Origin: Nanobdellota archaeon
Lineage (GTDB): Archaea; Nanobdellota; Nanobdellia; Pacearchaeales; GW2011-AR1
Assembly: GCA_038044205.1 (NCBI GenBank)
Contig: JBBTAN010000017.1
Coordinates: forward strand, 175,315-239,314
Reading direction: 5' to 3'
Length of the DNA stretch: 64,000 bases
The notes under the pieces were generated by a model. The model ran no database searches, was not told the DNA's origin, and saw only the letters and a program-made list of their open reading frames with translations. Shown in pieces: positions 10,034-18,599 of this stretch (positions are counted from its first letter, which is position 1; every line of letters starts with the position of its first letter). A program made the translations under genes and the position numbers.

Positions 10034-11167
10034 TTATTCTTTTCTTATTTTTATTCTCAAAGAATTATCAATATATTTATCATTTATCACAACTAAGTAT
10101 CCTCCACCACCTGCACCAGATAATTTATACCCAAGCACTTTTTCTCTATATTGTCCTAATAATTCTAATATATCTTTATTTACCATATTGGGAAACATAG
10201 CAATTTGCGCTTTAAATGATTTCCTAACATATTCTCCAAATTTAATTATATTTTTTTCTTTTATTGCTTCCCAACACCTATCTGTAACATCAGATAATAT
10301 ATTTACTTTTTCTTTATTTATATCAGTATTCAATAAAGGATCAAACGATTCTATCCTCGGATTTAATGGAACTAAATATATAGAATCCTCTATAAAGGAT
10401 AAAATATCATTGTCTAATATATTTTTAAAATCAATTGGCCAATAATTTCCATTATATTCTATTTTTGTTAAACCTGGATATATTACTCCAATAGCGTCCT
10501 GCGAGCCAGATATAAATTTTTTACCAGGTTCATTTTCTAACCTAAATGCCAATTTAGCTAATTTTTCTTGTTCCATGTTAGGTAATCGACTACAAAAGAA
10601 TTCTCTTAAAGCATTCCTTGTACTTGAGGCCATTCCGCTTCTATGATTAAATTCTATTGTAGGTTCAAGCGATATAACTACTACGGAGCCTCTACAGTGA
10701 CTTGAAACAAAAGGCTGGTCTAACCAACCACCTGCTAAATCTAAACGGAATGGAAGGGTGCAAACACCCCTTATTGACGTGCTAGATCTTATAGGTAAAT
10801 GAGATTTAGGCATCCTGTCTAAAACTATATATTTTATTTTATTTTCTTCGCATAATTTCTTTTTTTCTGGATAATTCCCTTCTTTATTTACAATTAAAAT
10901 ATCAGGTTTTATTGTTTGAAGCAATGGTTTAAAATCCAAGAATCCATTTCCTGGTGATATATATGCTTCTTTGACAAATTTTATTGATTGAATTATATAT
11001 AATCTTTCATCTTGAGTATATACTGGTGGTCTTCCTTTTAGATCATGTATTGTTTTATCAGAACCAAGAGCAACATATAGGTCTCCGTAGGATGATGCTT
11101 GTTCAAGGAAGGCTATATGGCCGGAGTGAGTAAAGTCAAAACAACCTGATACTAAAACTTTTGGCAT
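10034..11167 (-). CDS. Cytidylyl/adenylyltransferase-like domain fused to a GHMP-family sugar kinase (HddA-like)
   Basis: SGCFDFTHSGH (HxGH) and SSTSIR; PFRLDLAGGWLD, SGMASS, GSQD, KLSGAGGGG; GGAG SD upstream of ATG 11167. Confidence 0.85.
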   Translation of the reverse strand: MPKVLVSGCFDFTHSGHIAFLEQASSYGDLYVALGSDKTIHDLKGRPPVYTQDERLYIIQSIKFVKEAYISPGNGFLDFKPLLQTIKPDILIVNKEGNYPEKKKLCEENKIKYIVLDRMPKSHLPIRSSTSIRGVCTLPFRLDLAGGWLDQPFVSSHCRGSVVVISLEPTIEFNHRSGMASSTRNALREFFCSRLPNMEQEKLAKLAFRLENEPGKKFISGSQDAIGVIYPGLTKIEYNGNYWPIDFKNILDNDILSFIEDSIYLVPLNPRIESFDPLLNTDINKEKVNILSDVTDRCWEAIKEKNIIKFGEYVRKSFKAQIAMFPNMVNKDILELLGQYREKVLGYKLSGAGGGGYLVVINDKYIDNSLRIKIRKE

Positions 11168-11217
11168 GATAGAACTCCATTTCAAATAAAATAAATACAT
11201 TTCTATTGCCTATTTCT

Positions 11218-11284
11218 ATTCTTTTATTTTATATATTTTTCCTTTATGCTCAATCTATAGGAATACCAGAAAAAAGAATAGAAT
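11218..11284. promoter_or_regulatory. Divergent pair of AGGA-N18-GAAT promoter-like motifs
   Basis: Plus strand: AGGA 11259-11262 and GAAT 11281-11284. Minus strand: TCCT 11240-11243 and ATTC 11218-11221. Spacer is 18 nt in both; they lie between divergent genes. Confidence 0.6.
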
Positions 11285-11324
11285 ATAATTATGATTCTTT
11301 CTTTTTAAGCAAAGGAGATTTTTC

Positions 11325-11630
11325 TTGAATATGAAGGAATATGTAAAAAGTCAATTAGAAGAAATATTTAAATATAAATGGATTGAATCAGAAAAAGAAG
11401 GACATGATATTGGTGAAGATGCTGCTGCAAGGAAGTGGATAGAGTTATATGCTGAGAAATTTCGTCAAGAATACGATGAAATGGTAAATAGAATAATAAA
11501 TGAAGTATCTGATAAAATAGATTGTAATTGTATCCAAAGTAAGGATAGAATAAGGAAAATAATAGAAGAATTCTGTGTTATTTTTATTCGAGAAGAAATA
11601 AAAGGGAACAAGAAAATAGATTTGCTTTAG
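11325..11630 (+). CDS. Small protein with a DUF4032-like motif
   Basis: EEIFKYKWIESEKEGHDIG...AARKWIELYA; TTG start after AGGAG. Confidence 0.55.
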   Translation: MNMKEYVKSQLEEIFKYKWIESEKEGHDIGEDAAARKWIELYAEKFRQEYDEMVNRIINEVSDKIDCNCIQSKDRIRKIIEEFCVIFIREEIKGNKKIDLL

Positions 11631-11674
11631 TTGGAAGAAAGTCAGAATTTTGCTGTAGAATAACAGAATTCGTA

Positions 11675-12217
11675 GTGGAATTTGGCAAAGGAGAAAATGA
11701 AATGCGGAGAAAAGATTATCGTTTAGGTGACGTAATTTACAATTGGTATGAATTGATTGACAAGCCAGATATTATGGAACAATTAGATATTAAAGATTAT
11801 CTGATTGATAGATTTAAAAATATAAAATATTGGATTGATAATTCACCTCTAATTGAAGATAATAAAAAATTATTATATGAATCAGGTTGGGGGAAGTTGG
11901 AGATGCTTCGTAGAGTGCAGTTGAAATATGGTTGGGAAAAAATAAATTTATTATTGGCTGTACATAGATTGGATTTTAGGAATGCTTGTCTTCATTTACT
12001 TAAAAAGAAAAATGATCAGATAGCAAGTGTTATTGATGATACTAATTCAGCTAAGATGGCGTATAGTGATTTAGATCAGGTTAAATTATTAAAAAGTTTG
12101 CTTGAGGCTGCTTCTGTTATAGTTGATTCCATGCGTAGAAATAATATTACTATACCTGGCTCTATTTTAACTTTAGCTGCTTCTATTTGTGCAGAAAAGG
12201 AGACTGTAAATGGATAA
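11675..12217 (+). CDS. Hypothetical protein
   Basis: ORF with SD; overlaps the start of the radical SAM gene. Confidence 0.6.
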   Translation: MEFGKGENEMRRKDYRLGDVIYNWYELIDKPDIMEQLDIKDYLIDRFKNIKYWIDNSPLIEDNKKLLYESGWGKLEMLRRVQLKYGWEKINLLLAVHRLDFRNACLHLLKKKNDQIASVIDDTNSAKMAYSDLDQVKLLKSLLEAASVIVDSMRRNNITIPGSILTLAASICAEKETVNG

Positions 12218-13337
12218 TAAAATGAATTTTAGAATAAAAGAAAAAATAGGTGATGGTTGTTTTAATCCTTATGCATTAAGTATAGGGAGAAATGGAATGT
12301 TGAAATTAGAAGAAGTTCTATGGGAAGTAACTTCTAAATGTAATAAAAATTGTCATTATTGTGGATCGAAGAATGTTTTGAATAAAAAAGAATTGACTGA
12401 TGACGATAAAATAAAAATAGCAAAGCAGTTAGCTGATTATGGAGTCAAAGAAGTAGTGTTGTCGGGTGGGGAGCCAGGCTGTTTAGATACCAATACGCTA
12501 AAAGATATAATAAGGGTATTGAGAAATGGAAATTGTATAGTAAAAGTTGTAACTAATGGAAAAATATTTGAACATCAAATGGATTTTAGTCATTTTGATG
12601 CTATAGGTTTATCTGTAAATGAAATTAAAGATATAGAATTTTGTAAAGATAAAAGAGGAGTAAATACTGATAATTTTACTATTATTACAAATTTTGGCAC
12701 TCATAATATATGGGATTTTGACAAGTTGTATAATTTTGCTATGAATTATAATTGTTGGCAAGTTCAGTTAACTATGGGTGAACTGATGTTAAATGCTGAT
12801 GGGATTAAATATTTAAAAAATAAAATAAAAGATACCAATAAATGTTTTCAATTTAATCCAAGTGAAGGATATACATCTAATAAAATTATTTTAGCTGATA
12901 ATTTACAGGATGGCTATAACTGCACTGTTGGAATTAGGTCGTGTGGAATTACCTATACTGGAGAAGTTATAGCTTGTTTATCTGAAAGAAGCTATAGCGA
13001 AAAATTAAATATATATGGTAAGTTACCAGAGGATAGTATTGAAAATATCTGGGAGAATAAATTTAAGGATATTAGATTTAAGTGTAATAGAAAATGTTGT
13101 AGGGATTATATTAAATATCCTGATGTTGATAAAATTGTTGGAGATAAAGAATATGAGACTCTATCTTATCCTATTTCTCCAAATGATCCTGTTTACATTT
13201 ATGGAGTTCAAACTCCAAGCGATGTTGGTGACGATGAGGAGCCTATTGGAGGTGTAATGATTTACGGAGTAGCTGGTCCTAAAAATAATAAAAAAGTAGT
13301 AATGATGTATGGGGTATTTAGAAAAAATAAAGAATAA
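12210..13337 (+). CDS. Radical SAM/SPASM-twitch enzyme, splicease (PlpX)-like, with a C-terminal tail carrying three XYG motifs
   Basis: WEVTSKCNKNCHYCGS (CxxxCxxC), LSGGEP, VTNG, WQVQLT, CTVG..CGITYTGEVIACLS; tail VYIYGV/VMIYGV/VMMYGV. Confidence 0.8.
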   Translation: MDNKMNFRIKEKIGDGCFNPYALSIGRNGMLKLEEVLWEVTSKCNKNCHYCGSKNVLNKKELTDDDKIKIAKQLADYGVKEVVLSGGEPGCLDTNTLKDIIRVLRNGNCIVKVVTNGKIFEHQMDFSHFDAIGLSVNEIKDIEFCKDKRGVNTDNFTIITNFGTHNIWDFDKLYNFAMNYNCWQVQLTMGELMLNADGIKYLKNKIKDTNKCFQFNPSEGYTSNKIILADNLQDGYNCTVGIRSCGITYTGEVIACLSERSYSEKLNIYGKLPEDSIENIWENKFKDIRFKCNRKCCRDYIKYPDVDKIVGDKEYETLSYPISPNDPVYIYGVQTPSDVGDDEEPIGGVMIYGVAGPKNNKKVVMMYGVFRKNKE

Positions 13338-13368
13338 TTTTTATTTATTTTATTATTAGAGAGAAAAT

Positions 13369-13698
13369 ATGGCGAAAGTATACGTACATAAAAAAGATGA
13401 TCTTTCTAGTTCTAATGAATATTATGAGGATAAGAAAGGAATCTATTATTATACAAGTGATTCAAGTTCATCTGAAGAAGACCCTGATGACGAAGAAGAA
13501 TGGTCAAGTTCATCAGAAGAAGACCCTGATGACGAAGAAGAATGGTCAAGTTCATCATCTGAAACATCTGAAGAAGAAATAGAAGAAACATCATCTAATG
13601 AAGAAAAACAAGTAAAAGAAAAGAAAATAGAAAAGGAACAGGTTCCTTTAAAAGAAGAAAAAGATAATAGAACTGTGTTCGAAGCACTGGAGTTTTAA
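13369..13698 (+). CDS. Acidic Ser/Glu-rich orphan ending in VFEALEF
   Basis: First member of the shared C-terminal motif array. Confidence 0.75.
   Translation: MAKVYVHKKDDLSSSNEYYEDKKGIYYYTSDSSSSEEDPDDEEEWSSSSEEDPDDEEEWSSSSSETSEEEIEETSSNEEKQVKEKKIEKEQVPLKEEKDNRTVFEALEF
13462..13556 (+). repeat. 42-bp in-frame tandem repeat (~2.3 copies; SSSSEEDPDDEEEW)
   Basis: Units 13462-13503 and 13504-13545 differ at one position; partial third copy follows. Confidence 0.95.
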
Positions 13699-13711
13699 AA
13701 GGAATAATTTA

Positions 13712-14059
13712 ATGAAGCACTGGAGTTTAAAAAACAATGATATATTGCCAACACCAAAAGTAAATGTTAATTTGCCTATTTATAATAATCCAAAATGTCA
13801 GTATAGATACAAGGGTGAAGGGATGTTAGATTTTACTAATTCTGGATTAGAAAAGAAAGATAATAGTCCATTTAATGAAGTTATAAGTAAAGGCTATATA
13901 TTTGATAGTAATGAATTTAATTATTCTTGGTCAGATAATAAACTTATATTTGATTTAATCAAATTAAGTAAGTTGGTCAAATGTAAGAAAGAAAAGAAAA
14001 TAATTAAGCAGGTTGATAAAAAAGATAATAATAATATTTTTGATGCGTTGGAGATTTAA
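13712..14059 (+). CDS. Orphan ending in IFDALEI
   Basis: Shared C-terminal motif. Confidence 0.7.
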   Translation: MKHWSLKNNDILPTPKVNVNLPIYNNPKCQYRYKGEGMLDFTNSGLEKKDNSPFNEVISKGYIFDSNEFNYSWSDNKLIFDLIKLSKLVKCKKEKKIIKQVDKKDNNNIFDALEI

Positions 14060-14061
14060 TT

Positions 14062-14460
14062 GTGAATGAAAATGAAATAGATTTATATAATAAAGATTTA
14101 GTAAAGATTAATAAGGAATTTGAAAAATCATATATTTATTATGATAAAAAATTAAAAGAATCAGGTGTATATGATGAGAAGGTAAAAGAACAGAAACAAA
14201 TTGCGAAATTAGAAAAAATAAAGATGGAAGAAAAAGAGAAAGAAAATATTGAAATATATAATAAGAAGAAACAGGAGAAAGTGGAAATATTTCTAAAACA
14301 AAATCCAAAGGTAATCAATCCAACAAAGATAGTAAATTATGTAGATATTTTTGAAAGTTATGAAAGGGAACAGGAGCAGATAAAAGAAAAAATAAAATTA
14401 GAAAAATTCAATAAGAATAGACATAAAAGAGTTTCAGTTTTCGAGTCGTTGGAGTTCTAA
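14062..14460 (+). CDS. Charged coiled-coil-like orphan ending in VFESLEF
   Basis: GTG start 8 nt after GGAG; shared C-terminal motif. Confidence 0.75.
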   Translation: MNENEIDLYNKDLVKINKEFEKSYIYYDKKLKESGVYDEKVKEQKQIAKLEKIKMEEKEKENIEIYNKKKQEKVEIFLKQNPKVINPTKIVNYVDIFESYEREQEQIKEKIKLEKFNKNRHKRVSVFESLEF

Positions 14461-14462
14461 AC

Positions 14463-14804
14463 ATGCCAGACAATGAAATAGATGAAGAAATTACTCCAAT
14501 AGAAGGAGAAGATGTTTCTTTTTTAATTTCTATACAATCCGATAGTTTATATAAAGAAAAAATACAAACTAATCATAGAGAAAATTCTCTAAAAGAAAAG
14601 TTAAATGCGATGTATAAAAAATCAAATGAAACAATTAAGCAGGCGCAAAAAGAAGATGATGAATTTGTTAATAAAAGAAATAAGCAAAAGCAAAAAATAA
14701 TGAATGATCTTTTATCTGAATTTAGAATGGAACAGGATAAAGAAATAGAGAGAAGGAAAAGGATGAAAGCAGAAGGAACAATTTTTGAATCTTTGGAGAT
14801 TTGA
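14463..14804 (+). CDS. Orphan ending in IFESLEI
   Basis: Shared C-terminal motif; SD lies within the previous gene's LE codons. Confidence 0.75.
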   Translation: MPDNEIDEEITPIEGEDVSFLISIQSDSLYKEKIQTNHRENSLKEKLNAMYKKSNETIKQAQKEDDEFVNKRNKQKQKIMNDLLSEFRMEQDKEIERRKRMKAEGTIFESLEI

Positions 14805-15023
14805 ATGTATAATAACATGACAATGATAGAGTTTGAGCCAGAGGAAGAAAAATATACAGGTCCATCTATAGTTCCAGATGAAGCACTTGATATTATTTTC
14901 AATGATAAATTGACAGTAAAAGAAAGAATAAAATTATTAGATGAATTGCGAGAAAAAGAAGAAAAAGAAAATAAAAATATAGATATAACTGATAATAATA
15001 TATTTGGTTCTTTGGAGATTTAA
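14805..15023 (+). CDS. Orphan ending in IFGSLEI
   Basis: Shared C-terminal motif. Confidence 0.75.
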   Translation: MYNNMTMIEFEPEEEKYTGPSIVPDEALDIIFNDKLTVKERIKLLDELREKEEKENKNIDITDNNIFGSLEI

Positions 15024-15025
15024 TT

Positions 15026-15508
15026 ATGGGATATTTTCTGCAATCTATAGCTGATGAGACAGAGGAAAATATTGGAAATATGGATTCCCCTGGATATTTA
15101 ATGAGTAGCCCTTATGTCCCAGAAAATATAAAAATATTAAATGAAAAAGAATTAGAAAAATTAATAGAATTGCATGAGAAGGGAGTAATTAGTAGTCAAA
15201 CTTTATTTGATGGAGCAGGTATTGATTATAAAAAAGAGGTAGAGCAGTTACAATTAGAAAAAACAATATTTTCTACAGATAATAAGGAAATAGAAGATTT
15301 AATAAAAGTAAAATTAGAGGAATTGAAGTGGAAGTCAGGAGAGATAACTAAAGAGGATGTAGAGCATGTCTTTGAAGTTGCGGAGAAGGAAATAAAAAAT
15401 AAACAGGTTCAAATAAAAGAAAATAAAAGTATTCAACCTATAAGCCAAATAAAACCTTGTACAATTATAATAGATAATTATTCTATTTTCGACGCGCTGG
15501 AAATATAA
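15026..15508 (+). CDS. Orphan ending in IFDALEI
   Basis: Shared C-terminal motif. Confidence 0.75.
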   Translation: MGYFLQSIADETEENIGNMDSPGYLMSSPYVPENIKILNEKELEKLIELHEKGVISSQTLFDGAGIDYKKEVEQLQLEKTIFSTDNKEIEDLIKVKLEELKWKSGEITKEDVEHVFEVAEKEIKNKQVQIKENKSIQPISQIKPCTIIIDNYSIFDALEI

Positions 15509-15557
15509 ATAATTTATTTTTTATTAAAGAACCGGAATCTTCTAAAGGAGAAATTAA

Positions 15558-15887
15558 ATGAAAAAATTAGATGATACTGTTTATATTAGACCAGATGATT
15601 ATTTGAAGAAAGTTATTAAAACAAAGAAACCAAAGTTTTTATATGATAAAATTCCAGAAGGTGTAAGAGAACTTATTATAAAGGATACTCCAGTTGCTAC
15701 TTCTTTCAAAAAATTAGATGATGGAACTATAGTTGATAACAATACAGGACAGAAATATTTACGTAAAAAGACAAAAGCACAAAAAGATAAAGAAAAGGCT
15801 GACAGGAAAGATGAATATGAGCGTTCTCAAAAAAGGGCTGCGGTAGATGATGATTTTAGCATGACCGCTCATTTCTATGGTGATTAA
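15558..15887 (+). CDS. Hypothetical basic protein
   Basis: AAGGAG SD and ORF. Confidence 0.65.
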   Translation: MKKLDDTVYIRPDDYLKKVIKTKKPKFLYDKIPEGVRELIIKDTPVATSFKKLDDGTIVDNNTGQKYLRKKTKAQKDKEKADRKDEYERSQKRAAVDDDFSMTAHFYGD

Positions 15888-15951
15888 AAAATATAAATAA
15901 TATAATAAAATAATATAATAAATATAATTTTATTTATTTTTTATTTCATAT

Positions 15952-16003
15952 CCAACTGATCCGCTTCTAACCAAATAGATAGTCATTATCTAGAAGTGCA
16001 AGA
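15952..16003 (+). promoter_or_regulatory. CCAACTGATCCG promoter-like motif, copy 1
   Basis: CCAACTGATCCG-N15-ATAGTCATTATCT-N3-AGTGCAAGAA; near-identical architecture at 29751. Confidence 0.6.
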
Positions 16004-16043
16004 ATATTTTCTTTTTTGAAAGTGCAATTGAAAGGAAGCGGAA

Positions 16044-18470
16044 ATGTCTAGGAAACCAAGTCTTTATAGGAATCTCTCTGCTGCAACCTGCGAAAAAGAC
16101 GTTGAGAATGCTTGGCGTTCTTTTATTCAAGAAACATATAATGATGGTGCTTTCACCAGTCCCCACAAGTGTGATGGATTTCTTGAAAGTAAAGATATTA
16201 AAATGCTTTGTGAATTTAAGTACGACCAGAATATGAAAGAAGATAAAGATCTTCTTCCTATTGTTGGTCAGTCTATTTATTATATAAATAAAATGATTAA
16301 ATCAGGTGATAAGATTCCTAATGTTGTTTTTATTGGTGATAAAAATGAATGTATGGTTTTTCCCGCCTCTATTCTAATCGCTTACGCACAAAAGAATTAT
16401 GCTTTTTCATTGTCTCCTTGCGATGCAGGGAAAGATATTATTCTTATGTCAGATCTTAAGAATGATGTAAATATAAATTCTGTTGTTTTTACTATTGAAC
16501 AAGGATTCAAGTGGGAGACTGTTGATTATTTTATTAAGAGACAGGTGAAGCAGGTTAAAGCTGATCTTCCTATTACTCCTAATACTTTGCCAAATGTTTA
16601 CGAATATTGGTGCAAGAATGTAATGAAGGGTAATATGTCTGACAATGAAATAATTGAAGTATTCTTTAAAGTTCTAACTAAACCTCAAGAATGCTATCCC
16701 CATCCAAAGAAAGAAAATATATTGGTAGTTGGTGGTAATGAAATTAAAATTAGTAAGAAGGGGTTTAATGGATTTTTTAGTTTGTATAAAGAGACTCACA
16801 ATCCTATTGAATTGAGGGAATTGACTGCTAATAAAGACAGGTTGGTTGTGGAGATGAAGCGTCGTAGGAATGGAGAGTATTTTACTCCTGCTGATTGGGT
16901 CAACGAAGCCCATAAGATGCTCACAGAGCATCTGGGAGAGAATTGGAAGGAAGAGTATGTTGTTTGGGACTGTTCTTGTGGAACTGCTAACCTGACAAGA
17001 GATTACAAGTTTAAAGAATTATATTTAAGTACTTTGGGACAGACCGATATAAATATTATAGAGGAGGCTGGATATAGTCCAGAAGCAACTAAATTCCAAT
17101 TTGATTTTTTGAATGATGACCTGTCTAAATTACCTGATGGACTCAGGTGGTCTCTTGATAGTGGAAAGAAATTTGTTTTTCTTAATAACCCTCCGTATGG
17201 AACTGCTAATGATTTTGGAGCAAAAGGAACGGAAAAGTCTGGTATTGCTTCAAATACAATGATAAATAAACAGATGAAAGAAAATAATATTGGAGAATCA
17301 AGTCAGCAATTGTATGCCCAATTTATGTATCGCATAATGGATGTAGTTAAAAAATATAAGATAAAAAATTCAGTTATGGGTACGTTTAGCAATGTATTGT
17401 TCATGTGTGGAGAATCTTTTGAGGGATTCCGTAAAAATATAAATATGGGCTATGTAGATGGAATGATTTTTAAAGCATCTCATTTTTCTGATGTATCAGA
17501 TTCATGGGGGATTGCTTTTACTGTTTTTAAATCTTTAAATTTTGTTAATTCTAAAAATTTTATAGTAAAAATAAAAGATTATAGTGATGAAGGTCGTATC
17601 GTAACTGTCATAGAGAAAGAATTATATAATCTTGATGGAATTGAATCTGCTTCTAAATGGGTTCGTGAACCAAATAAAGGTATTAAAACTTTGGATTATC
17701 CACAGATGACTAATGCTACATGTATTAAACCTGATGGGAGAGGACGTATTTGTTGTGATTCGTTAGGTTATTTTTTAAGTAATGCTAACAATACTTATGA
17801 TAATCTTACATCTGTTGCTTTATTTTCATCTTGTCCAGCTAAAGCTAATGGTCTTTCTATAACTAAAAATAATTTTGAACGTTGTATTGTTTTATATTCT
17901 GCACGTAAACTTATTGAACCAAATTGGATGAATCAAAAAGATGAATATATGGTTCCTAATACTAATCATCCTGATTATCAACAATTTGTAAATGATTCTA
18001 TTATATATTCTTTATTTAATTCAGCAAGTAATCAATCCTCTTTGAGACAAATAGAATATAAAAATAAAAAATGGGATATTGTTAATAATTTCTTTTTTAT
18101 GTCTATTAAAGAAATTCAGGATTTAGCTATTGAATATAATTTTAATGATTTATATAATGATACTATTTCCCATCCTGGAGATAGATACGTATATAATCAA
18201 CTAAATAATATTATTTTATCTCCAGATGCTAAAGAAGTTCTTGATATGGCGAGAAATTTGATTATTGATTCTTTTCAGTCTAGGCAGGCTGCAAGTAATA
18301 TAAAACCAGAGATGCACCTACAAGCATGGGATGCTGGTTGGTATCAGATAAAGAACGGGATATTAAAGGAACAGTTTAAGGACAAGTATAAAGAATTTAC
18401 TGATTTATATAAATCTTTTAGTGATAGACTTATATTGTTAGTGTATGAGTTGGGATTTTTGAAGAAATAG
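16044..18470 (+). CDS. Fused nuclease-N6-adenine methyltransferase (Type IIG/IIC restriction-modification-like)
   Basis: N-terminal E..V...CDGFL...CEFK (PD-(D/E)xK-like); GEYFTP, VWDCSCGTANL (motif I), NNPPY (motif IV). Confidence 0.8.
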   Translation: MSRKPSLYRNLSAATCEKDVENAWRSFIQETYNDGAFTSPHKCDGFLESKDIKMLCEFKYDQNMKEDKDLLPIVGQSIYYINKMIKSGDKIPNVVFIGDKNECMVFPASILIAYAQKNYAFSLSPCDAGKDIILMSDLKNDVNINSVVFTIEQGFKWETVDYFIKRQVKQVKADLPITPNTLPNVYEYWCKNVMKGNMSDNEIIEVFFKVLTKPQECYPHPKKENILVVGGNEIKISKKGFNGFFSLYKETHNPIELRELTANKDRLVVEMKRRRNGEYFTPADWVNEAHKMLTEHLGENWKEEYVVWDCSCGTANLTRDYKFKELYLSTLGQTDINIIEEAGYSPEATKFQFDFLNDDLSKLPDGLRWSLDSGKKFVFLNNPPYGTANDFGAKGTEKSGIASNTMINKQMKENNIGESSQQLYAQFMYRIMDVVKKYKIKNSVMGTFSNVLFMCGESFEGFRKNINMGYVDGMIFKASHFSDVSDSWGIAFTVFKSLNFVNSKNFIVKIKDYSDEGRIVTVIEKELYNLDGIESASKWVREPNKGIKTLDYPQMTNATCIKPDGRGRICCDSLGYFLSNANNTYDNLTSVALFSSCPAKANGLSITKNNFERCIVLYSARKLIEPNWMNQKDEYMVPNTNHPDYQQFVNDSIIYSLFNSASNQSSLRQIEYKNKKWDIVNNFFFMSIKEIQDLAIEYNFNDLYNDTISHPGDRYVYNQLNNIILSPDAKEVLDMARNLIIDSFQSRQAASNIKPEMHLQAWDAGWYQIKNGILKEQFKDKYKEFTDLYKSFSDRLILLVYELGFLKK

Positions 18471-18502
18471 AAAAAATATATTGTATAATATAAATAGAGC
18501 GT

Positions 18503-18540
18503 CCAACTGATCCGAAGTGATGATTGTAATTATTTATTGT
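18503..18540 (+). promoter_or_regulatory. CCAACTGATCCG promoter-like motif, copy 2
   Basis: Exact 12-mer, intergenic, ATTGT 21 nt downstream. Confidence 0.55.
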
Positions 18541-18599
18541 ATGTCAGTGGAAAAGGAAATTGGTGTAATCGTAAGTAAAAAGAAAGAAGGAGAAATGGA

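Noticed and set aside
13675-15508. Semi-regular TTYGRNNCNYTGGARWTHTRA DNA repeats as a CRISPR array or integron attC cassette array
   Set aside because: Spacing is 220-490 bp and fully coding, variation is mostly synonymous, there is no palindrome and no cas or integrase gene; better explained as a protein C-terminal motif plus SD
15888-15950. Almost pure A/T tract with short TAATATAATAAA repeats as a replication origin
   Set aside because: Short, with no iterons or adjacent initiator; more simply an AT-rich spacer or UP element before the 15952 motif
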